Below, one piece after another: positions 8,387-16,804 of a DNA stretch of 64,000 bases. The notes under the pieces were generated by a model that was not told the origin of the DNA, ran no database searches, and saw only the letters and a program-made list of their open reading frames with translations. This stretch comes from an uncultured Dehalococcoidia bacterium. GTDB lineage: Bacteria > Chloroflexota > Dehalococcoidia > Lucifugimonadales > UBA3495. Every line of letters starts with the position of its first letter. Position 1 is the stretch's first letter. The stretch lies in contig CATMOE010000003.1 in the NCBI GenBank assembly GCA_950072105.1, positions 76,938 through 140,937 of the forward strand. Reading direction: 5' to 3'. The translations under genes and the position numbers were made by a program.

Positions 8387-10240
8387 GTGTACGGCTATCA
8401 CGGAAAAGCGCTGGTGGTCGACCTGTCCTCCCGAAGTCACCACTGGGACGCCATCCCGGAGCAGGTGTTGCGAAGCTTCATCGGCGGTATCGGCCTGGGG
8501 ACCTACTTGCTGTACAGATATTGCCCAGCCGGAGCCGATCCATTGGGGCCGGACAACCCCCTCATCTTCGCCGGCAGTCCCTTGGTTGGAAGCCGCTTGA
8601 CCACTTCCAGTAAGTTCGCCGTGATGACCAAATCCCCTCTGACGGGATTCATCGGCGATTCCCTGTCCTCCAGCTTCCTGGCCACCGAGCTAAAGAAGAC
8701 CTGTGGCGACGCATTGATAATCGTGGGCCGGGCTGAATCCCTAACCCTCCTGTTCATCGAAGACGGTGTGCCCAGATTCCTCGACGCCGCTGATCTGATG
8801 GGCTTGGGGACTTTCGACACCGAACAAGCCGTGAAAGAAATGTTGGGCGGTCCGCGAATCCGCGTCGCCAGCATCGGCCCCGCGGGAGAGCATCTGGTCC
8901 GTTACGCCAGCATCGCCAACGACGGTGGACGCCAGGCCGGCCGGTGCGGCCCCGGCGCGGTTATGGGCTCGAAAAACCTCAAGGCGCTGGCCTTGCACGG
9001 CAGTCAAACCGTGGACGTGGCCAATCCGGTCGCTACTCACGAGTACGGGATCGACCTGAGCAAGCGTAGTTTGGGCGCAGCGACGGAGAAATACCGGGAA
9101 CTGGGGACCATGGCTAACGTGTCGGTGTTCAACCGGTTAGGGACGCTGCCCACCAGAAATTTCCGGGAGTCCACCTTTGAAGGGGCCGAGCAGGTTAGCG
9201 GCGAGCATCTGCATCAAGAGCATCTGGCCAAGAACGCCACTTGCGCCAACTGCACCATTGGGTGCGAGAAAATTCTGGTTACCAGCGACGATGGGAAGAA
9301 GTCCCAAGGCCGGATGGAGTACGAAAGTCTCTTCGCACTAGGACCGTTGTGCGGGGTGGACGACCCCAACACCGTCATTCGGGCCGCCGGAATCTGCGAC
9401 GACCTGGGCATGGATACCATAAGCGCCGGTGTGACCATCGCCTGGGCCATGGAGTGTTTCGACAAAGGCTTGATCACTGCTGATGACACCGGCGGCATCG
9501 ACTTGCGGTTCGGCAACGGCCAGGCTCTTTTGGACACTCTGGAGCTGATCGGTCATCGCCGTGACCTTGGTAGCCTCCTGGCCGAAGGCACTAAAATTGC
9601 CGCACAACAACTGGGTGGAGGCTCCGGCGATTGGGCCATGAACGTCAAAGGTCTGGAAATGCCCGGCTACGAACCACGCAGCCTGAAAACCATGGCCCTG
9701 GGGTTGGCGGTCACGCCAAGAGGGGCCTGCCATAATCGGTCATCAGCATACGAGGCGGACTTTTCCGGCCGCGTAGACCGGTTGACCGTGGACGATAGCC
9801 GCGGCCTGATCGCCGCCGAAAGCGAGGACTTTACCGCAGTGTTGGACTCCCTGATCTGGTGCAAGTTCCTTCGCAAAGCCTTCAACGACTTTTACCAGGA
9901 GTCGGCCCAGGTTTACACCATGATCACCGGCTTGGAAATGTCTCCGGACGAGCTGAAACGGGCAGGGGAACGGATCAATAACTTGAAAAAGCTGTTCAAC
10001 ATCCGAGAGGGTTGGCGCCGCCAGGACGATACCCTTCCCCCACGTGTCCTCCAAGAGAAGCTGCCCACCGGCGTCGTTGCCGGGGTTGGGCTGACCCAAG
10101 AAGAACTGGATTATATGATTGCCGGTTATTACCAGGCCCGAGGTTGGAACGAAGACGGTTCGGTGCCGGACACGAAGCTGGCCGACCTGGGCCTTTTGGA
10201 TCTGCTACCTGTATCGTCCGGCGTAACGATTTCCGCTTAG
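8387..10240 (+). CDS. aor: Aldehyde:ferredoxin oxidoreductase (tungsten AOR/WOR family)
   Basis: Motifs 'KSPLTG', 'AGRCGPGAVMGSKNLKA', 'CANCTIGC', 'EYES', 'DDLGMDTIS' and 'RGACH'. Confidence 0.92.
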   Translation: MYGYHGKALVVDLSSRSHHWDAIPEQVLRSFIGGIGLGTYLLYRYCPAGADPLGPDNPLIFAGSPLVGSRLTTSSKFAVMTKSPLTGFIGDSLSSSFLATELKKTCGDALIIVGRAESLTLLFIEDGVPRFLDAADLMGLGTFDTEQAVKEMLGGPRIRVASIGPAGEHLVRYASIANDGGRQAGRCGPGAVMGSKNLKALALHGSQTVDVANPVATHEYGIDLSKRSLGAATEKYRELGTMANVSVFNRLGTLPTRNFRESTFEGAEQVSGEHLHQEHLAKNATCANCTIGCEKILVTSDDGKKSQGRMEYESLFALGPLCGVDDPNTVIRAAGICDDLGMDTISAGVTIAWAMECFDKGLITADDTGGIDLRFGNGQALLDTLELIGHRRDLGSLLAEGTKIAAQQLGGGSGDWAMNVKGLEMPGYEPRSLKTMALGLAVTPRGACHNRSSAYEADFSGRVDRLTVDDSRGLIAAESEDFTAVLDSLIWCKFLRKAFNDFYQESAQVYTMITGLEMSPDELKRAGERINNLKKLFNIREGWRRQDDTLPPRVLQEKLPTGVVAGVGLTQEELDYMIAGYYQARGWNEDGSVPDTKLADLGLLDLLPVSSGVTISA

Positions 10241-10254
10241 ACCCACGAAGAGAT

Positions 10255-10584
10255 ATGGACGCATTTGAACTTGAACACGTCATCGCAGAACACGCTCGGC
10301 TTGGTGAGCGGTATCATGAATTCTTCATCGCCTCGAGATTGAGTCTCGGCCTTTACGTCTTGCAGGCCGGGCAGCCCGACCCTCAGCAACCCCACACCGA
10401 GGACGAAGTCTATTTTGTGATTCAAGGCCGGGGGATGATTCGGGTGGGCGAAGAAGACCGTCCCGTCACCGCCGGGTCGATAATCTATGTGGATGAAGCT
10501 GTGGAGCACCGTTTCCACTCGATCACCGAGGACCTGCAGATCTTGGTCATGTTTGCTCCGCCGCGAAGGTCCCGGGCTGTTTAG
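10255..10584 (+). CDS. Cupin domain protein
   Basis: Motifs 'PQQPHTEDEVYFVIQGRG' and 'VEHRFH'. Start at ATG 10255; the ORF-track extension overlaps aor. Confidence 0.8.
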   Translation: MDAFELEHVIAEHARLGERYHEFFIASRLSLGLYVLQAGQPDPQQPHTEDEVYFVIQGRGMIRVGEEDRPVTAGSIIYVDEAVEHRFHSITEDLQILVMFAPPRRSRAV

Positions 10585-10623
10585 GGAACCGGGCAATTTT
10601 ACCGGATTACCGGCTAGAGTTAA

Positions 10624-11079
10624 ATGAATCGAAGCGATCTTCGCCCCATATTACGCGAAAAATTTCCTCCGGAGCGGACCTACCTGCTACCGGCGTTGCA
10701 CTATTTGCAGGAAGAGTTTGGCCACCTCCCAGACTGGGCGCTGCAGACCGTGGCCTGGCATCTGCGGGTGCCGGCCAGCGAAGTCTACGGGGCGGCGACC
10801 AGTTACAGCGAACTCCGCATAGAAGCGCCGGGACGCCACGTAGTAAGGGTCTGCAACGGCCTGAGTTGTTGGCATAACGGTGGCCGGATCATATTGGAAC
10901 GCCTGTCAGACGAGTTCGGCGTCCAACCTGGTGAGACCGGCACGGATAGCCGGGTAACTCTGGAGGAAACCCCCTGCGGTTTCCTCTGCCCCATGGCCCC
11001 GGTGGTGGAAGTTGACGGCCGTTGGCGAGGCCGGGTCGCCGCTGCCGATATCCCGAGTCTTGTGAAAGAGTTGACCTGA
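10624..11079 (+). CDS. NuoE/FdsG-like [2Fe-2S] diaphorase subunit
   Basis: Motifs 'LLPALHYLQEEFGHLP', 'EVYGAATSY', 'VCNGLSC' and 'CGFLC'. Confidence 0.88.
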   Translation: MNRSDLRPILREKFPPERTYLLPALHYLQEEFGHLPDWALQTVAWHLRVPASEVYGAATSYSELRIEAPGRHVVRVCNGLSCWHNGGRIILERLSDEFGVQPGETGTDSRVTLEETPCGFLCPMAPVVEVDGRWRGRVAAADIPSLVKELT

Positions 11080-11080
11080 C

Positions 11081-12772
11081 GTGACTTCCTACGCCCAACT
11101 ACATGAAGCTGCTCAGGAATCCCTGGCCGCGTCGACACGGGTGATTGTCCAAGTCGGCCATTGCAGCCAGGCCGTCGGCGCCACTCAAGTAGCGGAAGCA
11201 TTGCAAGCCGAGCTGTCCGGACATTCCGGCGTCGAACTGATCATCGCGGGCTGCGACGGGGCCTGCTTCGCCGCGCCTCAGGTTATCGTGACCACCCCTT
11301 CCAACAACATACAACGGTATTCCCAAGTCTCCGTTGGCGACGTTGCAGAATTAACCGCAACCCTCACTTCCGGCAACACCCCGCAACAAACGGAGCACCC
11401 CCCTTTCGTAAAGGGGGGGCGGGGGGATTTAGACTCGTTCTTCGCCGCCCAGACTCGCCTATTGCTAACTCGATGCGGTTACATCGATCCCACAAGCATC
11501 AACGAATACATCGCGTTGGGTGGCTACCGAGGCCTGAACGCTGCCCTATCCCGATCGCCGGAGGAAGTCATCCAGACGGTCCTGGACGCCGGTTTGCTGG
11601 GACGGGGCGGCGCTTACTTCCCGGCGGCTCGTAAGTGGCAGGCGGCCCGGGCGGCCAACGGATCGCCCCGGTATCTGGTGGTCAACGCCGAAGAGGGTGA
11701 ACCCGGCCTGTTTAAAGACCGCCACATCATGGAAGGCGACCCCCACCTGTTGCTGGAAGGGATGCTCATCGCCGCCTACGCCACCGGCGCTTCCGAAACG
11801 TACATATACATCAATGCCGAAGCCCACCTGAGCGCGCAACGCATTGAAACGGCGATCGGGCAAGCCCAAGATGCAGGCTTGATCGGCGATAATATCCTGG
11901 GTTCCGGTTTCGATTGCCAGGTCACCGTAAGACGCGGCGCGGGCGGCTACGTCTGCGGCGAGGAGACCACCCTGCTAGACACCATCCAGGGCAACCGCCG
12001 TGAGCCTCGCCTGCGTCCTCCCTTTCCTGCCGAATCGGGCCTGTTCCAAAGACCAACAGTCATCAACAACGTGGAAACTCTGTCCAACGTGCCAATCATA
12101 CTTAGTGATACCACCGACCCACCCGTTCGTCCTGAGCCTGTCGAAGGACACGCCGAGGACGCATCCCCCGTCCTCCCCCCTTTCGTACAGGGGGGCCGGA
12201 GGGGATTTTCGGACCTCGGTCTAGACTCCGCTAAAGGCACCAAGCTGATATGCCTCAGCGGCTTGGTCCAGCGGCCCGGCTTAGCCGAGGTCCCCATGGG
12301 AAGCACCCTACGCCATGTGATCTATGACATCGGCGGCGGCCCTCCGCCCGGCACTGATTTAGGAGTCGTGGCGGTTGGTGGACCGTCCAGCGGAGTGTTG
12401 CCGCCAACCGAACTGGACATGGAATTGCGTCCCGGAATGCTCCATCCGTCTGGTGTCGTTATGGGCGCCGGGGGAATCATGGTTATAGCAGAAGGCGTCC
12501 CGGTCATCGACGTCGTGCGCCAACTGGCTGCTTATAACGCCGCCGAGTCCTGCGGCAAGTGCACCCCCTGCCGGGAAGGCACCCCCCGGATGGTGCAGGT
12601 TCTGGACCGGCTGGCCTCGGGCAGCGGATCAACCACCGATTTGGAAGAGCTACGCTATCTGGCGGAAATCATTGGCGCGGCATCCCTGTGCGGCCTGGGA
12701 CAGATGTCCGGCGGACCCATCAACAGCGCCTTGCACTTCTTCGGAGATGAACTGGCTCGATTGATTAGCTAA
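11081..12772 (+). CDS. NuoF/FdsB-like FMN/NADH-binding subunit (with in-frame palindromic insertions)
   Basis: Motifs 'GLLGRGGAYFP', 'NAEEGEPG', 'GAGGYVCGEET', 'INNVETL' and 'ESCGKCTPCREG...SLCGLG'. Confidence 0.92.
   Translation: MTSYAQLHEAAQESLAASTRVIVQVGHCSQAVGATQVAEALQAELSGHSGVELIIAGCDGACFAAPQVIVTTPSNNIQRYSQVSVGDVAELTATLTSGNTPQQTEHPPFVKGGRGDLDSFFAAQTRLLLTRCGYIDPTSINEYIALGGYRGLNAALSRSPEEVIQTVLDAGLLGRGGAYFPAARKWQAARAANGSPRYLVVNAEEGEPGLFKDRHIMEGDPHLLLEGMLIAAYATGASETYIYINAEAHLSAQRIETAIGQAQDAGLIGDNILGSGFDCQVTVRRGAGGYVCGEETTLLDTIQGNRREPRLRPPFPAESGLFQRPTVINNVETLSNVPIILSDTTDPPVRPEPVEGHAEDASPVLPPFVQGGRRGFSDLGLDSAKGTKLICLSGLVQRPGLAEVPMGSTLRHVIYDIGGGPPPGTDLGVVAVGGPSSGVLPPTELDMELRPGMLHPSGVVMGAGGIMVIAEGVPVIDVVRQLAAYNAAESCGKCTPCREGTPRMVQVLDRLASGSGSTTDLEELRYLAEIIGAASLCGLGQMSGGPINSALHFFGDELARLIS
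11398..11430 (+). repeat. Family A palindromic element, in frame in nuoF (PPFVKGGRGDL)
   Basis: CCCCCCTTT-CGT-AAAGGGGGGG-C-GGGGGGATTT. Confidence 0.85.
12122..12148 (+). repeat. Family B element, in frame in nuoF (PVRPEPVEG)
   Basis: CCCGTTCGTCCTGAGCCTGTCGAAGGA; related copies are intergenic at about 21525-21650. Confidence 0.75.
12163..12209 (+). repeat. Family A palindromic element, in frame in nuoF (SPVLPPFVQGGRRGF)
   Basis: ATCCCCCGTCCTCCCCCCTTTCGTACAGGGGGGCCGGAGGGGATTT, a nested hairpin with outer ATCCCC/GGGGAT arms. Confidence 0.8.
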
Positions 12773-12796
12773 AATCGGGACTAGGGGAATAATCGC

Positions 12797-15649
12797 ATGA
12801 CCACCACCCTAACCATAGACGACAAATCCGTAACCGTTCCCGACGGTGGCAGTGTCCTGGACGCCATAAACGCTTCGGACATCTACATATCTCAGCTATG
12901 TAAAGACCCGGACATGAAGGCCATCGGCGCTTGCCGCACCTGCCTGGTGCAGATCGACGGCGTCCGCGGCTTTCCCGCCTCATGCTCCGTACCCGCCACT
13001 GAAGGAATGGTGGTCCAAACCGATTCGGATGATGCCCGCCGCATCCGCTCCGGCGTCATAGAATTAACAATGGCGATGCTACCACAACCTGCGAAAAACC
13101 CCCCTTTCGTAAAGGGGGGTTGGGGGGATTTCGGCCAATTAACCACCGCCGCCCAACACCACGGCATCCAATCGCCCCGCTGGCAGTCCCGCCCACGTGA
13201 AGAGACCGACGAAAGCAACCCGGTCTTCAACATCGCCATGGAGTCTTGCATCCTCTGCGGCCGCTGCGCTCAGGCCTGCCAGGAAGGCCACCAGTTCATC
13301 GGCGCCATCGACTTCCTGGGCGCCGGCGCTAACAGCCGCATCGGCACCTTCATGGACAAACCCCTGGTCGAATCCATCTGCACCACTTGCGGGCAATGCC
13401 TGTCCGTCTGCCCTACCGGGGCGATTCAGACCAAAGAGCAGTCAGCAGTCAGCAGTCAGCAATCAGCAACCGAAGGTGGTCCCCCGACCGCTGACAAGCT
13501 GACCGCTGACTGCTTACGCTCCGTTTCCACCACCTGCCCCTACTGTGGCGTGGGCTGCGGAATCAAGATTCAGGTCGGCGATGGGGATCAATTCGTTGAG
13601 GTCCTAGACGACCCGGAGAACCTCTCCAGTGTCGGCATGCTATGCGTTAAAGGGCGTTTCGGCACAAGCTTCGTCCATCATCCCGACCGGTTGACTACGC
13701 CTCTGATCAAAGAAGGCGGGGAATTCCGGCCGGCGACCTGGGACGAGGCTCTGGACCTGATCGCCGAGCGACTGACCCATTACCGAGGTAGCTCTTTTGG
13801 CACCCTTTGCTCGGCCAAAGCCACCAATGAAGACGGCTACATCCAGCAGAAGTTCTCTCGTCTGCTGATGCAGAGCAACAACATCGACCACTGCACCCGC
13901 CTCTGCCACTCGCCGTCCGTCGAGGCCATGCTCACGTCCCTGGGCAGCGGGGCCACCAGCAACTCCTATACCGACTACGAGGATGCGGGTTGCCTGGTCG
14001 TTATCGGCTGCGACCCAACGTCCAACCACCCGGTAGCTGCCTCCCGGATGCGCCGTGCCGTGGTGGAGCGAGGTGCCAAGCTCATCGTCGTAAACCCTCG
14101 CCGCATCGACATGTGCGACTATGCCGATCTGTGGCTGCGGGCTCACCCAGGCACCGACGTGGCTCTGCTAAACGGCATGGCCCAGGTCATTCTGGACGAG
14201 GGGCTCCAGGACCAAGCATTTGTAACCAACCGCACCGAAGGATTTGAGGAGTGGGCCAAAGTGGTGGAGTCCTACACCCCAGACCGTGTCGAAGAAATAA
14301 CCGGCGTTCCCGCCGAGGACATCCGCCAAGCCGCCCGATTCTACGCCCAACCCCCGGCGCCATCGACTCCCCCCTTTGGTAAAGGGAGGTCAGGGGGGAT
14401 TTCCCCCGGCTCCTGCCTTATTTGGGGAATGGGCATCACTCAGCACACCAATGGCACCGCTAACGCCCACGGTCTGCTCAACCTGTCGTTGCTGGCCGGT
14501 CAACTGGGTAGGCCTGGCTCGGGCATCTCTCCCTTGCGGGGTCAAAACAACGTTCAGGGCTGCGGCGACGCCGGCTGTTTGCCCAACGCCATGCCCGGCT
14601 ATCAGGTCCTGGGCCAAGAAACCGTGGCCAAATTCCAGGATGCCTGGGGTGGGCACGGGTTCCCTGAAGAGCACGGTCTGGTCATCACTGAGATGGTCGA
14701 CTCCATGAAAGAGCCTACCGGCATCAAGGCCATGTACATCACGGGTGAGAATCCCTTGCTCAGCGAGCCGGACCTGAATCACGCTCAAGAGATGTTCGAG
14801 AGCCTGGAGTTCCTGGTGGTTCAGGACATCTTCATGCACGAGACTGCCCTGATGGCCGACGTGGTGCTCCCCGCCACCAGCTTCGCGGAAAAGGACGGAA
14901 CCTTCACCAACAGCGAACGCCGCGTGCAGCGGGTGAGGAAAGCGATCGATCCTTTAGGCCAGAGCCGCCCGGACTGGGAAATCATCAGCGACTTGGCCAA
15001 GCGGATGTGCCAAAAATTGGAACTGGACTTTGCTGACCAGTTCGACTACAGCCATCCGTCCCAAATCTTCGACGAGATGGCTCGCCTGACGCCGATCATA
15101 TCTGGCATAACCTATGACAGGCTGGACCGGGAAGGCGGCATCCAATGGCCTTGTCCCACAACCGACCATCCGGGCACGCCCTACCTTTACGCCGACAGCT
15201 TTCCCCGAGGTCCCCGGGCCCTCTTCGTTCCCTTTGAGCAAGGGCCCTTGGCCGCCGAAATGCCCAACCGGCGCTTCCCATTGATTCTCAACACGGGAAG
15301 GCTCCTGTATCACTGGCACGGCGGCACCATAACCCGGCGGGTAACGAACCTGATGGCGCGTTCCCCGGAGCTTCAGATAGCGATAAGCCCGCAAGACGGC
15401 CAGAAATACGGCATCGAAGACGGACAGATGATCCGGGTCTCCTCCCGCCGCGGCCAGCTAACCGGCCGGGCGCTGCTCACCGACCGGGAGAACCCCGGAG
15501 GCATCTTCATCCCCTTCGTAAAACTTTCCGAATCAGCCGCCAACTTTCTAACCAACGCCGCCTACGACCCCACCTCCAAGATCCCCGAGTATAAGGTTTG
15601 TGCGGTGAAGGTTGAGGTGGTGGAAGAGGAAGGCGGTCGTGTGATTTAG
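12797..15649 (+). CDS. fdhA: Formate dehydrogenase alpha subunit (FdhF/FdsA type, Cys-ligated Mo/W-bisPGD)
   Basis: [2Fe-2S] motif 'GACRTC'; 2x[4Fe-4S] motifs 'CILCGRC' and 'CTTCGQCLSVCP'; 'CPYCGVGC'; active-site 'IDHCTRLCH'; 'PLRGQNNVQG'; 'KDGTFTNSERR'; 'KIPEYKVCAV'. Confidence 0.93.
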   Translation: MTTTLTIDDKSVTVPDGGSVLDAINASDIYISQLCKDPDMKAIGACRTCLVQIDGVRGFPASCSVPATEGMVVQTDSDDARRIRSGVIELTMAMLPQPAKNPPFVKGGWGDFGQLTTAAQHHGIQSPRWQSRPREETDESNPVFNIAMESCILCGRCAQACQEGHQFIGAIDFLGAGANSRIGTFMDKPLVESICTTCGQCLSVCPTGAIQTKEQSAVSSQQSATEGGPPTADKLTADCLRSVSTTCPYCGVGCGIKIQVGDGDQFVEVLDDPENLSSVGMLCVKGRFGTSFVHHPDRLTTPLIKEGGEFRPATWDEALDLIAERLTHYRGSSFGTLCSAKATNEDGYIQQKFSRLLMQSNNIDHCTRLCHSPSVEAMLTSLGSGATSNSYTDYEDAGCLVVIGCDPTSNHPVAASRMRRAVVERGAKLIVVNPRRIDMCDYADLWLRAHPGTDVALLNGMAQVILDEGLQDQAFVTNRTEGFEEWAKVVESYTPDRVEEITGVPAEDIRQAARFYAQPPAPSTPPFGKGRSGGISPGSCLIWGMGITQHTNGTANAHGLLNLSLLAGQLGRPGSGISPLRGQNNVQGCGDAGCLPNAMPGYQVLGQETVAKFQDAWGGHGFPEEHGLVITEMVDSMKEPTGIKAMYITGENPLLSEPDLNHAQEMFESLEFLVVQDIFMHETALMADVVLPATSFAEKDGTFTNSERRVQRVRKAIDPLGQSRPDWEIISDLAKRMCQKLELDFADQFDYSHPSQIFDEMARLTPIISGITYDRLDREGGIQWPCPTTDHPGTPYLYADSFPRGPRALFVPFEQGPLAAEMPNRRFPLILNTGRLLYHWHGGTITRRVTNLMARSPELQIAISPQDGQKYGIEDGQMIRVSSRRGQLTGRALLTDRENPGGIFIPFVKLSESAANFLTNAAYDPTSKIPEYKVCAVKVEVVEEEGGRVI
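13099..13131 (+). repeat. Family A palindromic element, in frame in fdhA (PPFVKGGWGDF)
   Basis: CCCCCCTTT-CGT-AAAGGGGGG-TT-GGGGGGATTT. Confidence 0.85.
13437..13514 (+). repeat. Family C heptamer (CAGTCAG) tandem/inverted repeat, in frame in fdhA (QSAVSSQQSA...TADKLTADC)
   Basis: AGCAGTCAGCAGTCAGCAGTCAGCAATCAGC ... GCTGACAAGCTGACCGCTGACTGCT; the ends form a perfect 10-bp inverted repeat. Confidence 0.8.
14369..14402 (+). repeat. Family A palindromic element, in frame in fdhA (PPFGKGRSGGI)
   Basis: CCCCCCTTT-GGT-AAAGGGAGG-TCA-GGGGGGATTT. Confidence 0.8.
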
Positions 15650-15713
15650 GAGGCTGAAAGCCGCACGTAACTCGAAGCGTTGGGCCTCTACGTCAATCGC
15701 CAAGAAGGCATTA

Positions 15714-16673
15714 ATGACCCGTCAAAAAACCCACGATCTATACGATTTCATGCGGCAGATAAGCGATGAAATGTCTGCTGAGTACAACCGTATACAGATG
15801 CGAGCCACCGAAGATCCCGGAACAGCGGGAGACCAAGGCGAAGAGAATTGGGCGGAGTTATTGCGAGACTGGCTTCCGCTGACCTATGAGGTAGTTACCA
15901 AAGGCCGCATTATCAGCCAAGAGAGCGTAACCAGTCCTCAGATTGATGTGCTTGTCATAAAGGGCTCATATCCAAAGAAGCTCCTAAATAAAAAACTCTA
16001 TCTCGCTGCTGGGGTCGCCGCTGCGTTTGAGTGCAAGACAACGCTGAATTCGTCGCACATTGTCAAGGCTCTTGAAAACTGCACAAAAATCAAGAGTCTA
16101 TACCCGGAACGGACTGGAACACCCTATAAGGAATTGCATTCACCCCTCGTTTATGGCCTGCTAGCTCACTCGCATGCCTGGAAAGGCGAGAAATCCACCC
16201 CCGAACAGAACATCCAGCGAAAACTACATGAGGCCGATTCCTTGAGCGTATTCCATCCTCGTGCGCAACTCGACCTTCTGTGTGTCGCGGACCTTGCCGC
16301 ATGGACATCTTCGAAGATGACTTTCATAGGTCCACGCCAAGTACCCGACTGGTCAACGTTGGCACCAGTTTATGGGCCGAAAGGTTCAGCAACCAGTGCG
16401 TACGCAGGCCACACTCGTGCGATCAAAAAGCAGGTCGAGCAGTTAACTCCTATCGGTGTTCTTATCTCGTATCTCTCACAAAAGCTTGCGTGGGAAGACC
16501 TATCGCTGCGTGACCTAGCCGATTACTACCGTATGACGAATATCGCAGGGTCTGCAGAGGGGTACATGCGAGTGTGGTCCAGTTCGATCTATAGCGACGA
16601 GGTACGTCCGCGTCTGGAGGCGGGCATGCTGTCGAGCGGGAAATCTTGGGATGAATGGCGCCAATTCTTCTAA
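15714..16673 (+). CDS. DUF6602-like putative PD-(D/E)xK nuclease-fold protein
   Basis: Motif 'GDQGEENWAELLRDWLP..YEVVTKGRII...SPQIDVLV...AAFECKTTL'. GC is lower than the flanks by eye. Confidence 0.6.
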   Translation: MTRQKTHDLYDFMRQISDEMSAEYNRIQMRATEDPGTAGDQGEENWAELLRDWLPLTYEVVTKGRIISQESVTSPQIDVLVIKGSYPKKLLNKKLYLAAGVAAAFECKTTLNSSHIVKALENCTKIKSLYPERTGTPYKELHSPLVYGLLAHSHAWKGEKSTPEQNIQRKLHEADSLSVFHPRAQLDLLCVADLAAWTSSKMTFIGPRQVPDWSTLAPVYGPKGSATSAYAGHTRAIKKQVEQLTPIGVLISYLSQKLAWEDLSLRDLADYYRMTNIAGSAEGYMRVWSSSIYSDEVRPRLEAGMLSSGKSWDEWRQFF

Positions 16674-16804
16674 TTCCAGAGCTAGCCGTTTGTCAGGACG
16701 CTCTTTCATCTCCATTTAGATTAGATTTTCTGGTCTCCCGCTTGCCACCCTCCCCGTATCAGGGTATAAATACTGCTGGAACCATCCCCATGAGGAGCGT
16801 ACCA

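Noticed and set aside
13437..13514. CRISPR array or other spacer-repeat array
   Set aside because: These are heptamer tandem/inverted repeats without unique spacers, and no cas genes or arrays were seen anywhere in the window.
13880..13915. Selenocysteine in formate dehydrogenase
   Set aside because: The active-site codon is TGC (RLCH) and there is no in-frame TGA.
11398..14402. Inteins or introns as the cause of the nuoF/fdhA insertions
   Set aside because: The inserts are only about 10-30 codons, with no intein terminal motifs (C/S…HN) or intron features.
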